From Actinomycetota bacterium (GTDB lineage: Bacteria; Actinomycetota; Acidimicrobiia; Acidimicrobiales; Ilumatobacteraceae), in assembly GCA_041156905.1 (NCBI GenBank), contig JBEBDM010000019.1, forward strand, positions 1 to 26,802: 26,802 nucleotides of DNA, in the 5' to 3' direction. The first letter of the stretch is position 1. Every line of letters begins with the position of its first letter. Shown in pieces: positions 17,822 through 26,786 of the stretch. The translations under genes and the position numbers were made by a program. The notes beneath the pieces were generated by a model. That model was given only the letters and a program-made list of their open reading frames with translations. It was not told where the DNA came from and did no database searches.

Positions 17822-19654
17822 TCAGACGAGCCGCTGCGACTGCTTGCCGGCGACCATCGCGGCCTTGGCGGCCCGGACGGTGTCGTAGTCGCTCGTCTCG
17901 GGGACGCCGACCTCCCAGAACGTGCCGCCCTCGGTCCAGTCGCTCGGGCTCGTGCGCATCGCAATGACGTACGTGCGCTCGCTGGCGCGTGCACGCTCGA
18001 TCGCGGCCTCGAGCTCGGCGATGGTCGAGACGTTCTCGGTGGCGCAGCCCATGCTCGCGGCGTGTGCGGCGAAGTCGACGTACACGAGTTCCTTGTGGTT
18101 CGTGTCGGCGAGGAGGTTGTTGTAGCCGCGACCGCCCTGGTTGACCTGCAGGCGGTGGATCACGGCGAAGCCGCCGTTGTCGCAAACGATGACGATCAGC
18201 TTGTGACCGCTGAGAACCGACGAGTACAGGTCGGAGTTCATCATCATGTACGAACCGTCGCCGACGAAGACGATGACCTCGCGCTCGGGCATGGCCATCT
18301 TCGCCCCCCACGCGCCGGAGATCTCGTAGCCCATGCACGAGAAGCCGTACTCGCAGTCGAAGCTGTCGAGGCCCTTGGCCCGCCAGCCGTTGTTGAGCTC
18401 ACCGGGGAAACCGCCAGCGGCGGTGAGGGCGTAGTCGGAGGGGAGGGCCGTGCGGTCGACGGCGCCCACGACCTGTGCGTAGGTGGGCAGCCCGCCCTCG
18501 CTCGGTGCGGCGATCTTGTCGATGTAGGCGTGGTAGCCCTCGGTCTCGCGAGCGGCACGCTCGACCCACTCGTCGGGACCGGCCCAGCCGGTGAGGAGCG
18601 GGGTGAGTTCGCGCAACGCCTCACGGGCGTCGGCCACGACGGGCAGGCTGCGGTGCTTGCGGGCGTCGAAGCCGGCGGCGTTGACACCGACGAACTGCGC
18701 ACTCGGCGAGAACGCGGTCCACGAACCAGTGGTGAAGTCCTGGAGACGCGTGCCCACGGCGATCACCACGTCGGCCTCGGCAGCGAGCGCGTTGGCCGAG
18801 GTGCAGCCAGTGACGCCGACCGGACCCGCGTTGAGCGGATGGCTGGCGAGCAACGAGGCCTTGCCGGCCACCGTCTCGACGACCGGGACGTGGTGTGCCT
18901 CGGCGAAGGCCTGTAGCTCGGCCTCGGCGCCCGAGTAGTGCACGCCGCCACCGCAGATGATCAGCGGTCGCCGAGCACCACGGATCGCCTCGGCAGCGCG
19001 CTGGAGCTGTGCGACATCGGCACGCGGACGCGGCGCCGAGTGCATCGTCACCGCGAAGAACTCGTCGGGGAAGTCGAACGCCTCCGCCTGGACGTCCTGA
19101 GGGAGGCAGATCGTGGCAGGCCCGCGCGTCGCCGGGTCGAGCATGGTGGCCACGGCGTGCGGGAGCGACGAGATGATCTGCTGCGGGCGCGTGATGCGGT
19201 CCCAGTAGCGGCTCACCGGTTTGAAGGCGTCGTTCACCGTGAGCCCCGGATCGCCGTAGTGCTCGACCTGCTGCAGCACAGGGTCGGGAACGCGACTCTG
19301 GAACGTGTCGCCCGCGAGCAACAACAGCGGGAGTCGGTTGGAGTGCGCGACACCCGCCGCCGTCACCATGTTCAGGGCGCCCGGTCCGATCGACGAGGTG
19401 GCCACCATGATCTGCCGACCACGAGTCGCCTTCGCGAACCCGACGGCAGCCAGCGCCATGCCCTGCTCGTTCTGGCCGCGCCACACCGGCAGCGCCTCAC
19501 GCTCCTGCTCGAGGGCGTGACCGAGCGAAGTCACGTTGCCGTGCCCGAAGATCCCGTACACGCCGGGGAACAGCGGCACGTCGGCGCCGTTGGCATCGGT
19601 GGTGCGCTGGGCGATCAGGTACTTCACGATGGCCTGTGCGGTGGTGAGCCTCAT
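17822..19654 (-). CDS. iolD: 3D-(3,5/4)-trihydroxycyclohexane-1,2-dione acylhydrolase (ThDP-dependent), 610 aa
   Basis: RLTTAQAIVKYL, IFGHGNV, QNEQGMA, SSIGPGA.NMVTAA, PDPVLQQVE, CEYGFSCMGYE and ThDP motif GDGSY...DN.GF. Confidence 0.96.
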   Translation of the reverse strand: MRLTTAQAIVKYLIAQRTTDANGADVPLFPGVYGIFGHGNVTSLGHALEQEREALPVWRGQNEQGMALAAVGFAKATRGRQIMVATSSIGPGALNMVTAAGVAHSNRLPLLLLAGDTFQSRVPDPVLQQVEHYGDPGLTVNDAFKPVSRYWDRITRPQQIISSLPHAVATMLDPATRGPATICLPQDVQAEAFDFPDEFFAVTMHSAPRPRADVAQLQRAAEAIRGARRPLIICGGGVHYSGAEAELQAFAEAHHVPVVETVAGKASLLASHPLNAGPVGVTGCTSANALAAEADVVIAVGTRLQDFTTGSWTAFSPSAQFVGVNAAGFDARKHRSLPVVADAREALRELTPLLTGWAGPDEWVERAARETEGYHAYIDKIAAPSEGGLPTYAQVVGAVDRTALPSDYALTAAGGFPGELNNGWRAKGLDSFDCEYGFSCMGYEISGAWGAKMAMPEREVIVFVGDGSYMMMNSDLYSSVLSGHKLIVIVCDNGGFAVIHRLQVNQGGRGYNNLLADTNHKELVYVDFAAHAASMGCATENVSTIAELEAAIERARASERTYVIAMRTSPSDWTEGGTFWEVGVPETSDYDTVRAAKAAMVAGKQSQRLV

Positions 19655-19705
19655 GTCGGTCTCCGTTCGGGTGTGTGGTCGTGATGTGGTGCGAAGGCTC
19701 GGAGG

Positions 19706-20905
19706 TCAATCCTGGCGGAGGGAGACGACGTTCTCCCACGCACCCGACTGCCACGAGCGGAGCACGGCGTCCTGGACGTTGATGACCTCGAGCGCCTCGG
19801 TGAAGCCCACCGAGTGCGTGCGGCCGAGTGCGACCGACGTGAGGAACTCGTGGTCCTCGATGCACACGAGCTCCTCGAAGCCGATGCCGTTGGCGGAGCC
19901 GGGCACGAACGCGCCGTGGTGCGGGAAGGCGTCGCCACCGTTCACGTGCACGTAGCCGTTGTGGAGCACGCCGGCCGGCTTCGAGTCGTCCTTGAGGAAC
20001 ACGTGCATCGTGTTCATCTGCTCGAAGTTCCAGCGGATGCTGCCCTTGGTACCGAACACCTCGAAGGAGTTCTGGCTCTCCGGGCCCACCATCGAACGAC
20101 AGGCCTCGAAGGTTCCGCGGGCACCGTGCTCGAAGGTGCACATCATGCCGATGTAGTCCTCGTTGGTGACCTCGCCCGTCGGGTCGCCCGGCTTGCCGCG
20201 GTCGTAGTGGGTGCCCTCGCCGGTGGGCAGGGGACGCTGCTTGATGTAGGTCTCGCCCGTCCCGACGACCTTCGTGATCCGGCCGGCCGTGCCACCGATC
20301 AGGTAGTGGGCGAGGTCGACGGCGTGCGAGAGGATGTCGGTGCTCACACCGTGGCCCGCCTCGTCGACGAGGAAGCGCCACGAGAGCAGGCCCATCGGGT
20401 CGCTGGCGTAGGTGCTGAAGAAGCGACCCTCGTAGTGCATGATCGTGCCGAGGTGGCCGCCATCGATGAGCGACTTGGCGTACTGCACGAGCGGCGCCCA
20501 GCGGTAGTTGTACCCGACCCCGGTGATGACCCCGGCCCGACGTGCGGCCTGCTCGGCGGCGACGGTCTGCGCGGGGGTACCGCCAACGGGCTTCTCGCAG
20601 AAGACGTGCTTGCCGTTCGCGGCAGCGGCCTCGACGATCTCGACGTGGAGCATGTTCGGAGCGGTGACGAAGACGACGTCGACGTCGGGGTGGGTGACCA
20701 CCTCGTGCCAGTCGGCCGTCGCCTCGCGGAAGCCGAAGTCGTTGACCGCAGCCACACGACGCGACTCGAGCACGTCGCTCACCACGACCATGTCGGGCTG
20801 GTACTCACGCTTCGGGAAGTGGGCGGGGGCGCGACGGCAGCCACGGCTGTGCGACTGGCCCATCCAGCCGAAGCCGACGACGCCGATTCCGAGACGACGA
20901 GTCAT
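19706..20905 (-). CDS. Gfo/Idh/MocA family oxidoreductase (second inositol/cyclitol dehydrogenase), 399 aa
   Basis: GVVGFGWMG..H, HVFCEKP, GYNYR, DILSHAVD and FEVFGTKGS; SD AGGAG upstream of ATG 20905. Confidence 0.88.
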   Translation of the reverse strand: MTRRLGIGVVGFGWMGQSHSRGCRRAPAHFPKREYQPDMVVVSDVLESRRVAAVNDFGFREATADWHEVVTHPDVDVVFVTAPNMLHVEIVEAAAANGKHVFCEKPVGGTPAQTVAAEQAARRAGVITGVGYNYRWAPLVQYAKSLIDGGHLGTIMHYEGRFFSTYASDPMGLLSWRFLVDEAGHGVSTDILSHAVDLAHYLIGGTAGRITKVVGTGETYIKQRPLPTGEGTHYDRGKPGDPTGEVTNEDYIGMMCTFEHGARGTFEACRSMVGPESQNSFEVFGTKGSIRWNFEQMNTMHVFLKDDSKPAGVLHNGYVHVNGGDAFPHHGAFVPGSANGIGFEELVCIEDHEFLTSVALGRTHSVGFTEALEVINVQDAVLRSWQSGAWENVVSLRQD

Positions 20906-20967
20906 GGTGTTCTCTCCTGTGTGCGGTTGTGGTGAGTGGATCTGGGGACGGATGTGGGTGATGACGG

Positions 20968-21861
20968 TCAGCGGGGCCGGACGATGCGGGCAGCGCGAGC
21001 GATCGCGCCCTCGACATCGCCGTCGGCGGGGAACAGCAACGAACGTCCGACGACGAGGCCGCGCACGTTGGGAACTTCCATCGCCCGCTCCCACGAAGCG
21101 TAGGTCGCCTCCGGGTCGGGCCCGGGCGTCCCACCGAGGATGAGCGCCGGCAGCGTGGTGCACGAGAGCATCCGCTCGGGGTTCGAGCTCGCCGGCACCT
21201 TGAGCCAGGTGGCCGTGCTGGTGGAGCCGAGGCCGCTGCCGATCGCGACGGCCCGCAGGAGGGCGTCCTCGTCGGCGAGCAGCTTCGCCGCCCCGGTGAT
21301 GGGGTCGTGGTGGTACGGCAACGGCTCGACCATGATCGGCAGGCCGTGCGCCGCGCACTCGTCGACGGCGCGGGCACAGGCCTCGAGCGTGGGTGCGGTG
21401 CCATGGTCGTCATCGGCGATGCGCAGGAGCACCTTGCCGCCGTCGAGACCGTTGGCGGCGAGGCTCGCGCCGCTGTAAGCGGTCATGCGATCGTCGAGTT
21501 CCCACTGGGCGCCGATGATTCCGCCGCGGTTCATCGTGCCGAACACGAGTCGGTTGTCGAGCACGTCGAGTGCGGCGAGGTCCTCCGCGACGTCGGCGCT
21601 CACCAGTACACCGTCAACCTCAGGGTTGGCGAGGGCGACGAGGAGCGCCTCCAGCACCCGGCGACGGTCGGCCATCGCGAACGCGTCGCCGGGAACGCCG
21701 AGAGCGCCGCGCGCCATGTGATCGGCGGCGACGATGAACAGGCGGCCGTCGCGCAGCAGGGGACGGCGGCGACGGTTGCGCAGGGTCTCCAGCGGCAGCG
21801 TGGGCTGCTCGGCGCGCGTCGCGATCAGCGCGCGCCAGCGGTCGTCATCCAAGTACTGCAT
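20968..21861 (-). CDS. Class I TIM-barrel aldolase (DhnA/Cgl0159-like), probable 2-deoxy-5-keto-gluconate-6-phosphate aldolase, 297 aa
   Basis: IVAADH.ARG, GTMNRGG, DGGKVLLR, IMVEP, WLKVP (candidate Schiff-base Lys), LILGG and VVGRSLL. Overlaps the iolC stop; SD AGGAG before ATG 21861. Confidence 0.8.
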   Translation of the reverse strand: MQYLDDDRWRALIATRAEQPTLPLETLRNRRRRPLLRDGRLFIVAADHMARGALGVPGDAFAMADRRRVLEALLVALANPEVDGVLVSADVAEDLAALDVLDNRLVFGTMNRGGIIGAQWELDDRMTAYSGASLAANGLDGGKVLLRIADDDHGTAPTLEACARAVDECAAHGLPIMVEPLPYHHDPITGAAKLLADEDALLRAVAIGSGLGSTSTATWLKVPASSNPERMLSCTTLPALILGGTPGPDPEATYASWERAMEVPNVRGLVVGRSLLFPADGDVEGAIARAARIVRPR

Positions 21862-22801
21862 CGATCTCCTCGAGATAGGGCATGTCATCGGCGCACATCA
21901 GGCGCGCGGCGACGAGAGCGCCAGCGATGTTGCCGGCGCGGGCGCAGCGGGGGAGGTCCCAGCCGGAGAGCAGGCCGTGACAGAAGGCGCCACCGAATGC
22001 GTCGCCGGCACCGAGGCCGCACACGACATCGACCGGGTAGGGGGCGATCTGCTCGCGCACTCCATCGGCAGTGGCGACGAGCACACCGTCGCCGCCCATC
22101 TTCACGACGGCGGCCTCGAGGCCGAGTGCGAGGAGCGCATCGGCGGCGCGGTGCGGATCGCTCTCACCGACGGCGATCTGGCACTCGGTGCGGTTGCCGA
22201 TCGCCATCGTCACGTGGGGGAGCACCTGGGCGAGTTCGGCCGTGGCGTCGGCGGGGTCGCGCCAGAACTGCGCACGCCAGTCGAGGTCGAGGATCGTGTG
22301 GGTGCGGCGCTCGCGCCAGGCGAGCAACTGGTGGATCGTGCCGCGGCTCGGTTCGGCCGACAGGCACGAGGTGGGGAACCACAGGATCGGGACGTCGCGC
22401 ACGACCTGGGCGTCGATGTCGGACGCCTCGATGTTCATGTCGGGGCCCTTGGGCTCGCGGTAGAAGATGATCTCCGGCTCGCCCGGGTCTTGCATCGTGG
22501 CGAACGCGAGCGGTGTGCGGAGAACGGGGTCGTTCTGGATCCATCGCGTGTCGACGCCGAAGGTCTCCTCGAGCGCGTGGCGGACGTAGCCGCCCATCGG
22601 GTCGTTCCCGAGTCGCGTGAAGATGGCCGCATGGTGGCCGAGGCGCGAAGTCGCGACGGCGACGTTGGTGGCCGTGCCACCGATCGACTTGCGGAACGTG
22701 CGGACCTCGTTGAGGTGCACGCCGATCTGCTCGGCGTAGAGGTCGACGCTGATGCGCCCCACCGTGAGCAGTTCGAGCGGTCGGTCGAGAGGGCTCGTCA
22801 T
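21845..22801 (-). CDS. iolC: 5-dehydro-2-deoxygluconokinase (PfkB family), 318 aa
   Basis: GRISVDLY, IGGTATNVAVA, IIFYREP, LDLDWR and PfkB signature CGLGAGDAFGG; ATGA overlap with iolB. Confidence 0.93.
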   Translation of the reverse strand: MTSPLDRPLELLTVGRISVDLYAEQIGVHLNEVRTFRKSIGGTATNVAVATSRLGHHAAIFTRLGNDPMGGYVRHALEETFGVDTRWIQNDPVLRTPLAFATMQDPGEPEIIFYREPKGPDMNIEASDIDAQVVRDVPILWFPTSCLSAEPSRGTIHQLLAWRERRTHTILDLDWRAQFWRDPADATAELAQVLPHVTMAIGNRTECQIAVGESDPHRAADALLALGLEAAVVKMGGDGVLVATADGVREQIAPYPVDVVCGLGAGDAFGGAFCHGLLSGWDLPRCARAGNIAGALVAARLMCADDMPYLEEIDAVLG

Positions 22802-23706
22802 CGGGTCACTCCGTTCATGTCGGTCATCGGGACACGCGGATCGGTGGGCATGTCGCTCCACGAGTCGCGCACCCAGTGGTGCGTGGGGTCGTCGCAGAAG
22901 GCCATCGAGCGCTCACCGCCGGGGCCTGCGAGGACGTTGAGGTAGTACATCGTGTAGCCGGGAGCAGCGACGCAGGGACCGTGGTAGCCGCGTGGCACGA
23001 CGTAGACGTCGCCGTCACCGATCGTGATGTTGTCGTCGATGACGAGATCGGGAGCCACCGAGTCGCCGGTGTACGTCCGGTGCAGTCCGAAACCCTCGGG
23101 TGCGTACTCCGTCGTCCCGGCGGTGCCGATGCGGAAGTAGTACACCTCCTCGTTGTTCACGGGGCACTCGGGCGAGTCGTCGTGCTTGTGCGGCGGGTAG
23201 CTGCTCCAGTTGCCATCAGGAGTGAGCAGTTCGACGCACATCAGCTTGTCGGCGTGCGCCCACGCCTCCGGGCTGGCGAAGTTGGTGACCTGACGAGTCG
23301 CAGGGCCTGCGCCGCGGATCTCGATCCGTACGTCGGAGGACGGGCCGTAGCGCGGCGGGAGCGAGGCGTCGCAAAGCGCCGAGGGGAGGGCGATCTCGCC
23401 GCCGCTCGCGCTGCTCACCGTGTACTCGGTGTCGCGACCGACGTAGGCGAAGTCGCTCACCCTGGCGAACACGGAGGTGCGTCCGTGGAGGGTGAAGGCC
23501 TGGCCCGCCGCCACGACCGAGACGTCGGTTGCCGAGAGTGGCAGTACGAACAACTCGGTGTCACCGCTGTGCAGGGTGCGCGTCTCGCCCGGCGAGAGCG
23601 AGATCACGTGCAGCCCGCAGTACTTCCAGCCCGCATCGGCGGGAGTGACGTACACCGGGTCGCTGCCGTGTGCAGCGGTGCCTGAGGGGATGTGACGGCG
23701 GGCCAT
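22798..23706 (-). CDS. iolB: 5-deoxy-glucuronate isomerase, 302 aa
   Basis: AGWKYCG, GNWSSYPPHKHD, EEVYYF, VPRGYHGPC and GYTMYYLNVLAG. Confidence 0.95.
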   Translation of the reverse strand: MARRHIPSGTAAHGSDPVYVTPADAGWKYCGLHVISLSPGETRTLHSGDTELFVLPLSATDVSVVAAGQAFTLHGRTSVFARVSDFAYVGRDTEYTVSSASGGEIALPSALCDASLPPRYGPSSDVRIEIRGAGPATRQVTNFASPEAWAHADKLMCVELLTPDGNWSSYPPHKHDDSPECPVNNEEVYYFRIGTAGTTEYAPEGFGLHRTYTGDSVAPDLVIDDNITIGDGDVYVVPRGYHGPCVAAPGYTMYYLNVLAGPGGERSMAFCDDPTHHWVRDSWSDMPTDPRVPMTDMNGVTR

Positions 23707-23715
23707 GGCGATCGG

Positions 23716-24705
23716 TCAGAGACGGACGAGTCGTCCGCTCTCGATCGAGGCGTAGGCGGCGTCGGCGAGCTGCAGCGCACGCAGGCCGTCGAGGCCACCG
23801 ACCGAGGGCTCACGCCCACCGTTGACGGCAGCGACGAACTCGGCGACCTCGGCGCGGTAAGCGGGCATGTAGCGCTCGAGGAAGAAGTTCATCAGCGGGG
23901 CACGGTGGTAGCCGTCGGCCCCGGCGATCTCCGCGGTGTTCTCGTAGATGTTCTCGGCGCGGGCCATGCCCTTCGAGCCGTGGACCTCGATGCGCTGGTC
24001 GTAGCCGTAGGTGGCACGACGCGAGTTGTTGATCTGGCACATCTTGCCGCTGGCGGTGCGCAGAGTGACGGCCGCGCTGTCGATGTCAGGCACGCCGGCG
24101 ATCGCCGGATCGACGAGCACCGAGCCGATCGCGAAGACCTCGGTGGGCTCCTCACCGAGGAGGAAGCGGGCCATGTCGAAGTCGTGGATCGTCATGTCGC
24201 GCAGCAATCCACCCGAGCGGGCCATGTACTCGAGCGGCGGCGGACCGGGATCGCGCGAGGTGATGACGACCATCTCGACCTCACCGATGTCGCCGGCGTC
24301 GATGCGATCGCGCACGGCCTTGAAGTTCGGGTCGAAGCGACGGTTGAACGCCACCATCAGGGTCGTCTTGGTGGAGGCCACGACGTCGAGGCACTCGGCG
24401 ACGCGGGCGGCGTCGAGATCGACGGGCTTCTCGCAGAAGATCGCCTTGCCGGCCTGCGCCGAACGGATGATCAGGTCGGCGTGCATGTCGGTGGGCGTCG
24501 TGATGAACACCGCATCGATGTCGCTGCTGGCGAGGATCTCGTCGATCGACGCGACCTGCGCACCGTGTGCCGCGGCGAGGCTGCTGGCCGCGTCGGGGAA
24601 GGCGTCGGCGACGGCGGTGAGGACAGCGCCCTCGGTGGCGCCGATGGCACTGGCGTGCACCTTGCCGATGCGGCCGGCGCCCATGAGTCCGATGCGAAGT
24701 GTCAT
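23716..24705 (-). CDS. iolG: myo-inositol 2-dehydrogenase, 329 aa
   Basis: GAGRIGKVH, AIFCEKP, FNRRFDP, ITSRDP, DMTIHDFDMARF and NSRRATYGYDQRIE; SD AGGAG upstream of ATG 24705. Confidence 0.93.
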   Translation of the reverse strand: MTLRIGLMGAGRIGKVHASAIGATEGAVLTAVADAFPDAASSLAAAHGAQVASIDEILASSDIDAVFITTPTDMHADLIIRSAQAGKAIFCEKPVDLDAARVAECLDVVASTKTTLMVAFNRRFDPNFKAVRDRIDAGDIGEVEMVVITSRDPGPPPLEYMARSGGLLRDMTIHDFDMARFLLGEEPTEVFAIGSVLVDPAIAGVPDIDSAAVTLRTASGKMCQINNSRRATYGYDQRIEVHGSKGMARAENIYENTAEIAGADGYHRAPLMNFFLERYMPAYRAEVAEFVAAVNGGREPSVGGLDGLRALQLADAAYASIESGRLVRL

Positions 24706-24775
24706 TGAGTGTCTCCTGGTGATGGATGAGAGGTGTCGAGGGATTCGAGGTGTTGCTGGGTGATCGTGCTGGCGG

Positions 24776-25975
24776 TCAGTGGCTGGCTCGCCGGATGTCG
24801 TGGGCGTCGAGGACCGCCGTGAGTTCGGCCGGTGTCGCCCGCCGGGTGAGCGCGTCCTCGACGAGGTCGCGCTGGGACGGCGGGGTGAGGCCGCCCATCG
24901 GTGGGTCGGAGTCGAGGTTGGTCGGAAAGGCGTAGCACTCCGTGGCGGCGGTGAGAGCGTGCTCGAGCGCCTCGCTATCGAGCACCGGCTGACCGTTCGT
25001 TGCATCGGTGAGGGCGAGGAATGCGGGGTAGGTGGCCTCGGCGATGCGTCGGGTGTCGATGGTCTCCATCGTGCGGCCCATCGCGGACGAGACCTGCAGC
25101 AGGTTGGCCATGCGACGGATGTGCGTGGTGTGGTTGGTGCCCGCGGCGTGCAGCAGGGCGGGGTTGAACCACACCAGATCGCCCTCGTCGAGCGGCAGCT
25201 GGATGTGGTGCTCGTCGAAGTGGGCGATGATCTCGGGGTTGCGCCACGCGAGATAACCGAGCGGATAGCGCTGCGTACCGGGCAGGTAGATGGTGGGCCC
25301 CGACTCCACGGGCATGTCGCAGTGGGCGACAGCGCCCTGGAGCGTGAGTGCGGGCGAGAGGTGGTGCACGTGCAGCGGGTACTGCGCGGCCTGCTCATCG
25401 GTCATGAAGCCGAGGTGGTAGTCGCGGTGCGGCATCTGCGCCTGCCCGCCGGGGTTCACCCGGTTGACCTGCGAGCTGATCTGGTACGCAGGTCCGAGCC
25501 AGGCGAGTGCGCCGAGGGCGAGCATGTCGTTCGCGTAGTAGCGGACGAAGGCCTCGGGCTCGTGGACGGCGAGCTTCTCGAACGCGTTCCACACGCGATC
25601 GTTCGCACCGGGCTTGGCGAAGTGATCGCCCTGCGCGCTCCCGGCAGCGCGCTGTATGTCGATCAGTTCCTCGAAGGCGCGGCTGACGGGCCGCAGCACC
25701 TCGTGGTGGAACGCTCCCTTGATCACGAAGATGCCGGCGCCGTCGGCGAGCACGGCAGCCAGTTCGTCGAGGAGCGTGAGCGGGCCGTGTGCGGCGATGT
25801 GGGCACGCACGGCGACGGCGTCGTAGACGGGGACACCGAGCTGGACGTCGACGGCGTGTGCTGGCCGTGGGCTCGGGAGCGCCATCGCGGCGCGCAGGTC
25901 GTCGAGGCGCACTGCGTTGGGGTCGAGTCGTGCCCAACGGGAGGCGGCGCGAGCGGAGTGTGTGGTGTCGGACAT
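24776..25975 (-). CDS. Phytanoyl-CoA dioxygenase (PhyH) family Fe(II)/2-oxoglutarate dioxygenase, 399 aa
   Basis: HxD in AQMPHRDYHLG, SGPTIYLPGTQ, GDLVWFNPALLHAAG and distal Arg in IRRMANL. Confidence 0.85.
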   Translation of the reverse strand: MSDTTHSARAASRWARLDPNAVRLDDLRAAMALPSPRPAHAVDVQLGVPVYDAVAVRAHIAAHGPLTLLDELAAVLADGAGIFVIKGAFHHEVLRPVSRAFEELIDIQRAAGSAQGDHFAKPGANDRVWNAFEKLAVHEPEAFVRYYANDMLALGALAWLGPAYQISSQVNRVNPGGQAQMPHRDYHLGFMTDEQAAQYPLHVHHLSPALTLQGAVAHCDMPVESGPTIYLPGTQRYPLGYLAWRNPEIIAHFDEHHIQLPLDEGDLVWFNPALLHAAGTNHTTHIRRMANLLQVSSAMGRTMETIDTRRIAEATYPAFLALTDATNGQPVLDSEALEHALTAATECYAFPTNLDSDPPMGGLTPPSQRDLVEDALTRRATPAELTAVLDAHDIRRASH

Positions 25976-25983
25976 CGTTCCCC

Positions 25984-26724
25984 TCAGCTCTCGACGACGG
26001 TGCTCTCCACCGAGTAGTGCTCGGCGTGGTACACGGTGCGGGCGATCTCGACGCGACGGCCGGTGACGTCCTGCATCACGCGGTGCATGGTCACGAGCGG
26101 ATCGCCCTTGGACATCCCGAGGTGCTGGGCCTCGGTGCGGTCAGCGGCCTTCGCGCCGTGGCGCTGGAAGGCGAGGTGCGGGCGGATGCCGGCCTCGCGC
26201 AGCAGGTCGTACAGGCCGCGGTGGGTGAGTTGCTCGGTGGTGAGCGAACCGGCTGCCTCGACGGTGAGCCAGTTGTGCATCAGGGCGAGCGGTTGGGCTC
26301 CCGCCGAACGAACGCGCACCAGATGGACCACCTCGGAGCGCAGCGGCAGGTGGAGCGCCTCGGCGACCTCCTCGTCGGCGGGCACGCGCTCGATGGCGAC
26401 GACCTCCGTGCGCGGCTCGATGCCGTCGGCGGCGAGGTCATCCCAGAGGCTCGAGAGGGCGAACTTGCGGCGGACCTGATCGTCGACGACCTGCGTGCCG
26501 ACACCGCGCCGACGCACGAGCAGGCCGGCGTCGACGAGGTCGTGGATGGCGCGGCGCACGGTGGGCCGCGAGAGATGCCACTGCTGGGCGAGTGCGATCT
26601 CGTTCTCCAGGAACGACCCCTTGGGCAGCCGGCCGTCGTGCACGGCGGCGCGCAACTGCGCGGCGAGCTGGTGGTACAGCGGCACCGGGCTGGAGCGGTC
26701 GATGGCAAGGTCGAGGTCGAGCAC
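25984..26724 (-). CDS. iolR: GntR (HutC subfamily) transcriptional regulator, actinobacterial IolR type, 246 aa
   Basis: DRSSPVPLYHQL, LENEIALA...LSRPTVRRA...RRRGVGTQV and a C-terminal UTRA domain; heads the iol operon. Confidence 0.82.
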   Translation of the reverse strand: MLDLDLAIDRSSPVPLYHQLAAQLRAAVHDGRLPKGSFLENEIALAQQWHLSRPTVRRAIHDLVDAGLLVRRRGVGTQVVDDQVRRKFALSSLWDDLAADGIEPRTEVVAIERVPADEEVAEALHLPLRSEVVHLVRVRSAGAQPLALMHNWLTVEAAGSLTTEQLTHRGLYDLLREAGIRPHLAFQRHGAKAADRTEAQHLGMSKGDPLVTMHRVMQDVTGRRVEIARTVYHAEHYSVESTVVES

Positions 26725-26735
26725 CGTTTGTCAGT

Positions 26736-26747
26736 ATGTCAGAACAA
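26736..26747. promoter_or_regulatory. Candidate IolR autoregulatory operator ATGTCAGAACAA
   Basis: 10/12 identical to the reverse complement of 7887-7898 (ATGTCAGGACAT), about 12 nt upstream of the iolR start. A second TGTCAG half-site lies at 26729-26734. Confidence 0.55.
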
Positions 26748-26786
26748 AGTCAACCCCGTCCACTGCGCTCCCTCCCGCGCACCCGA

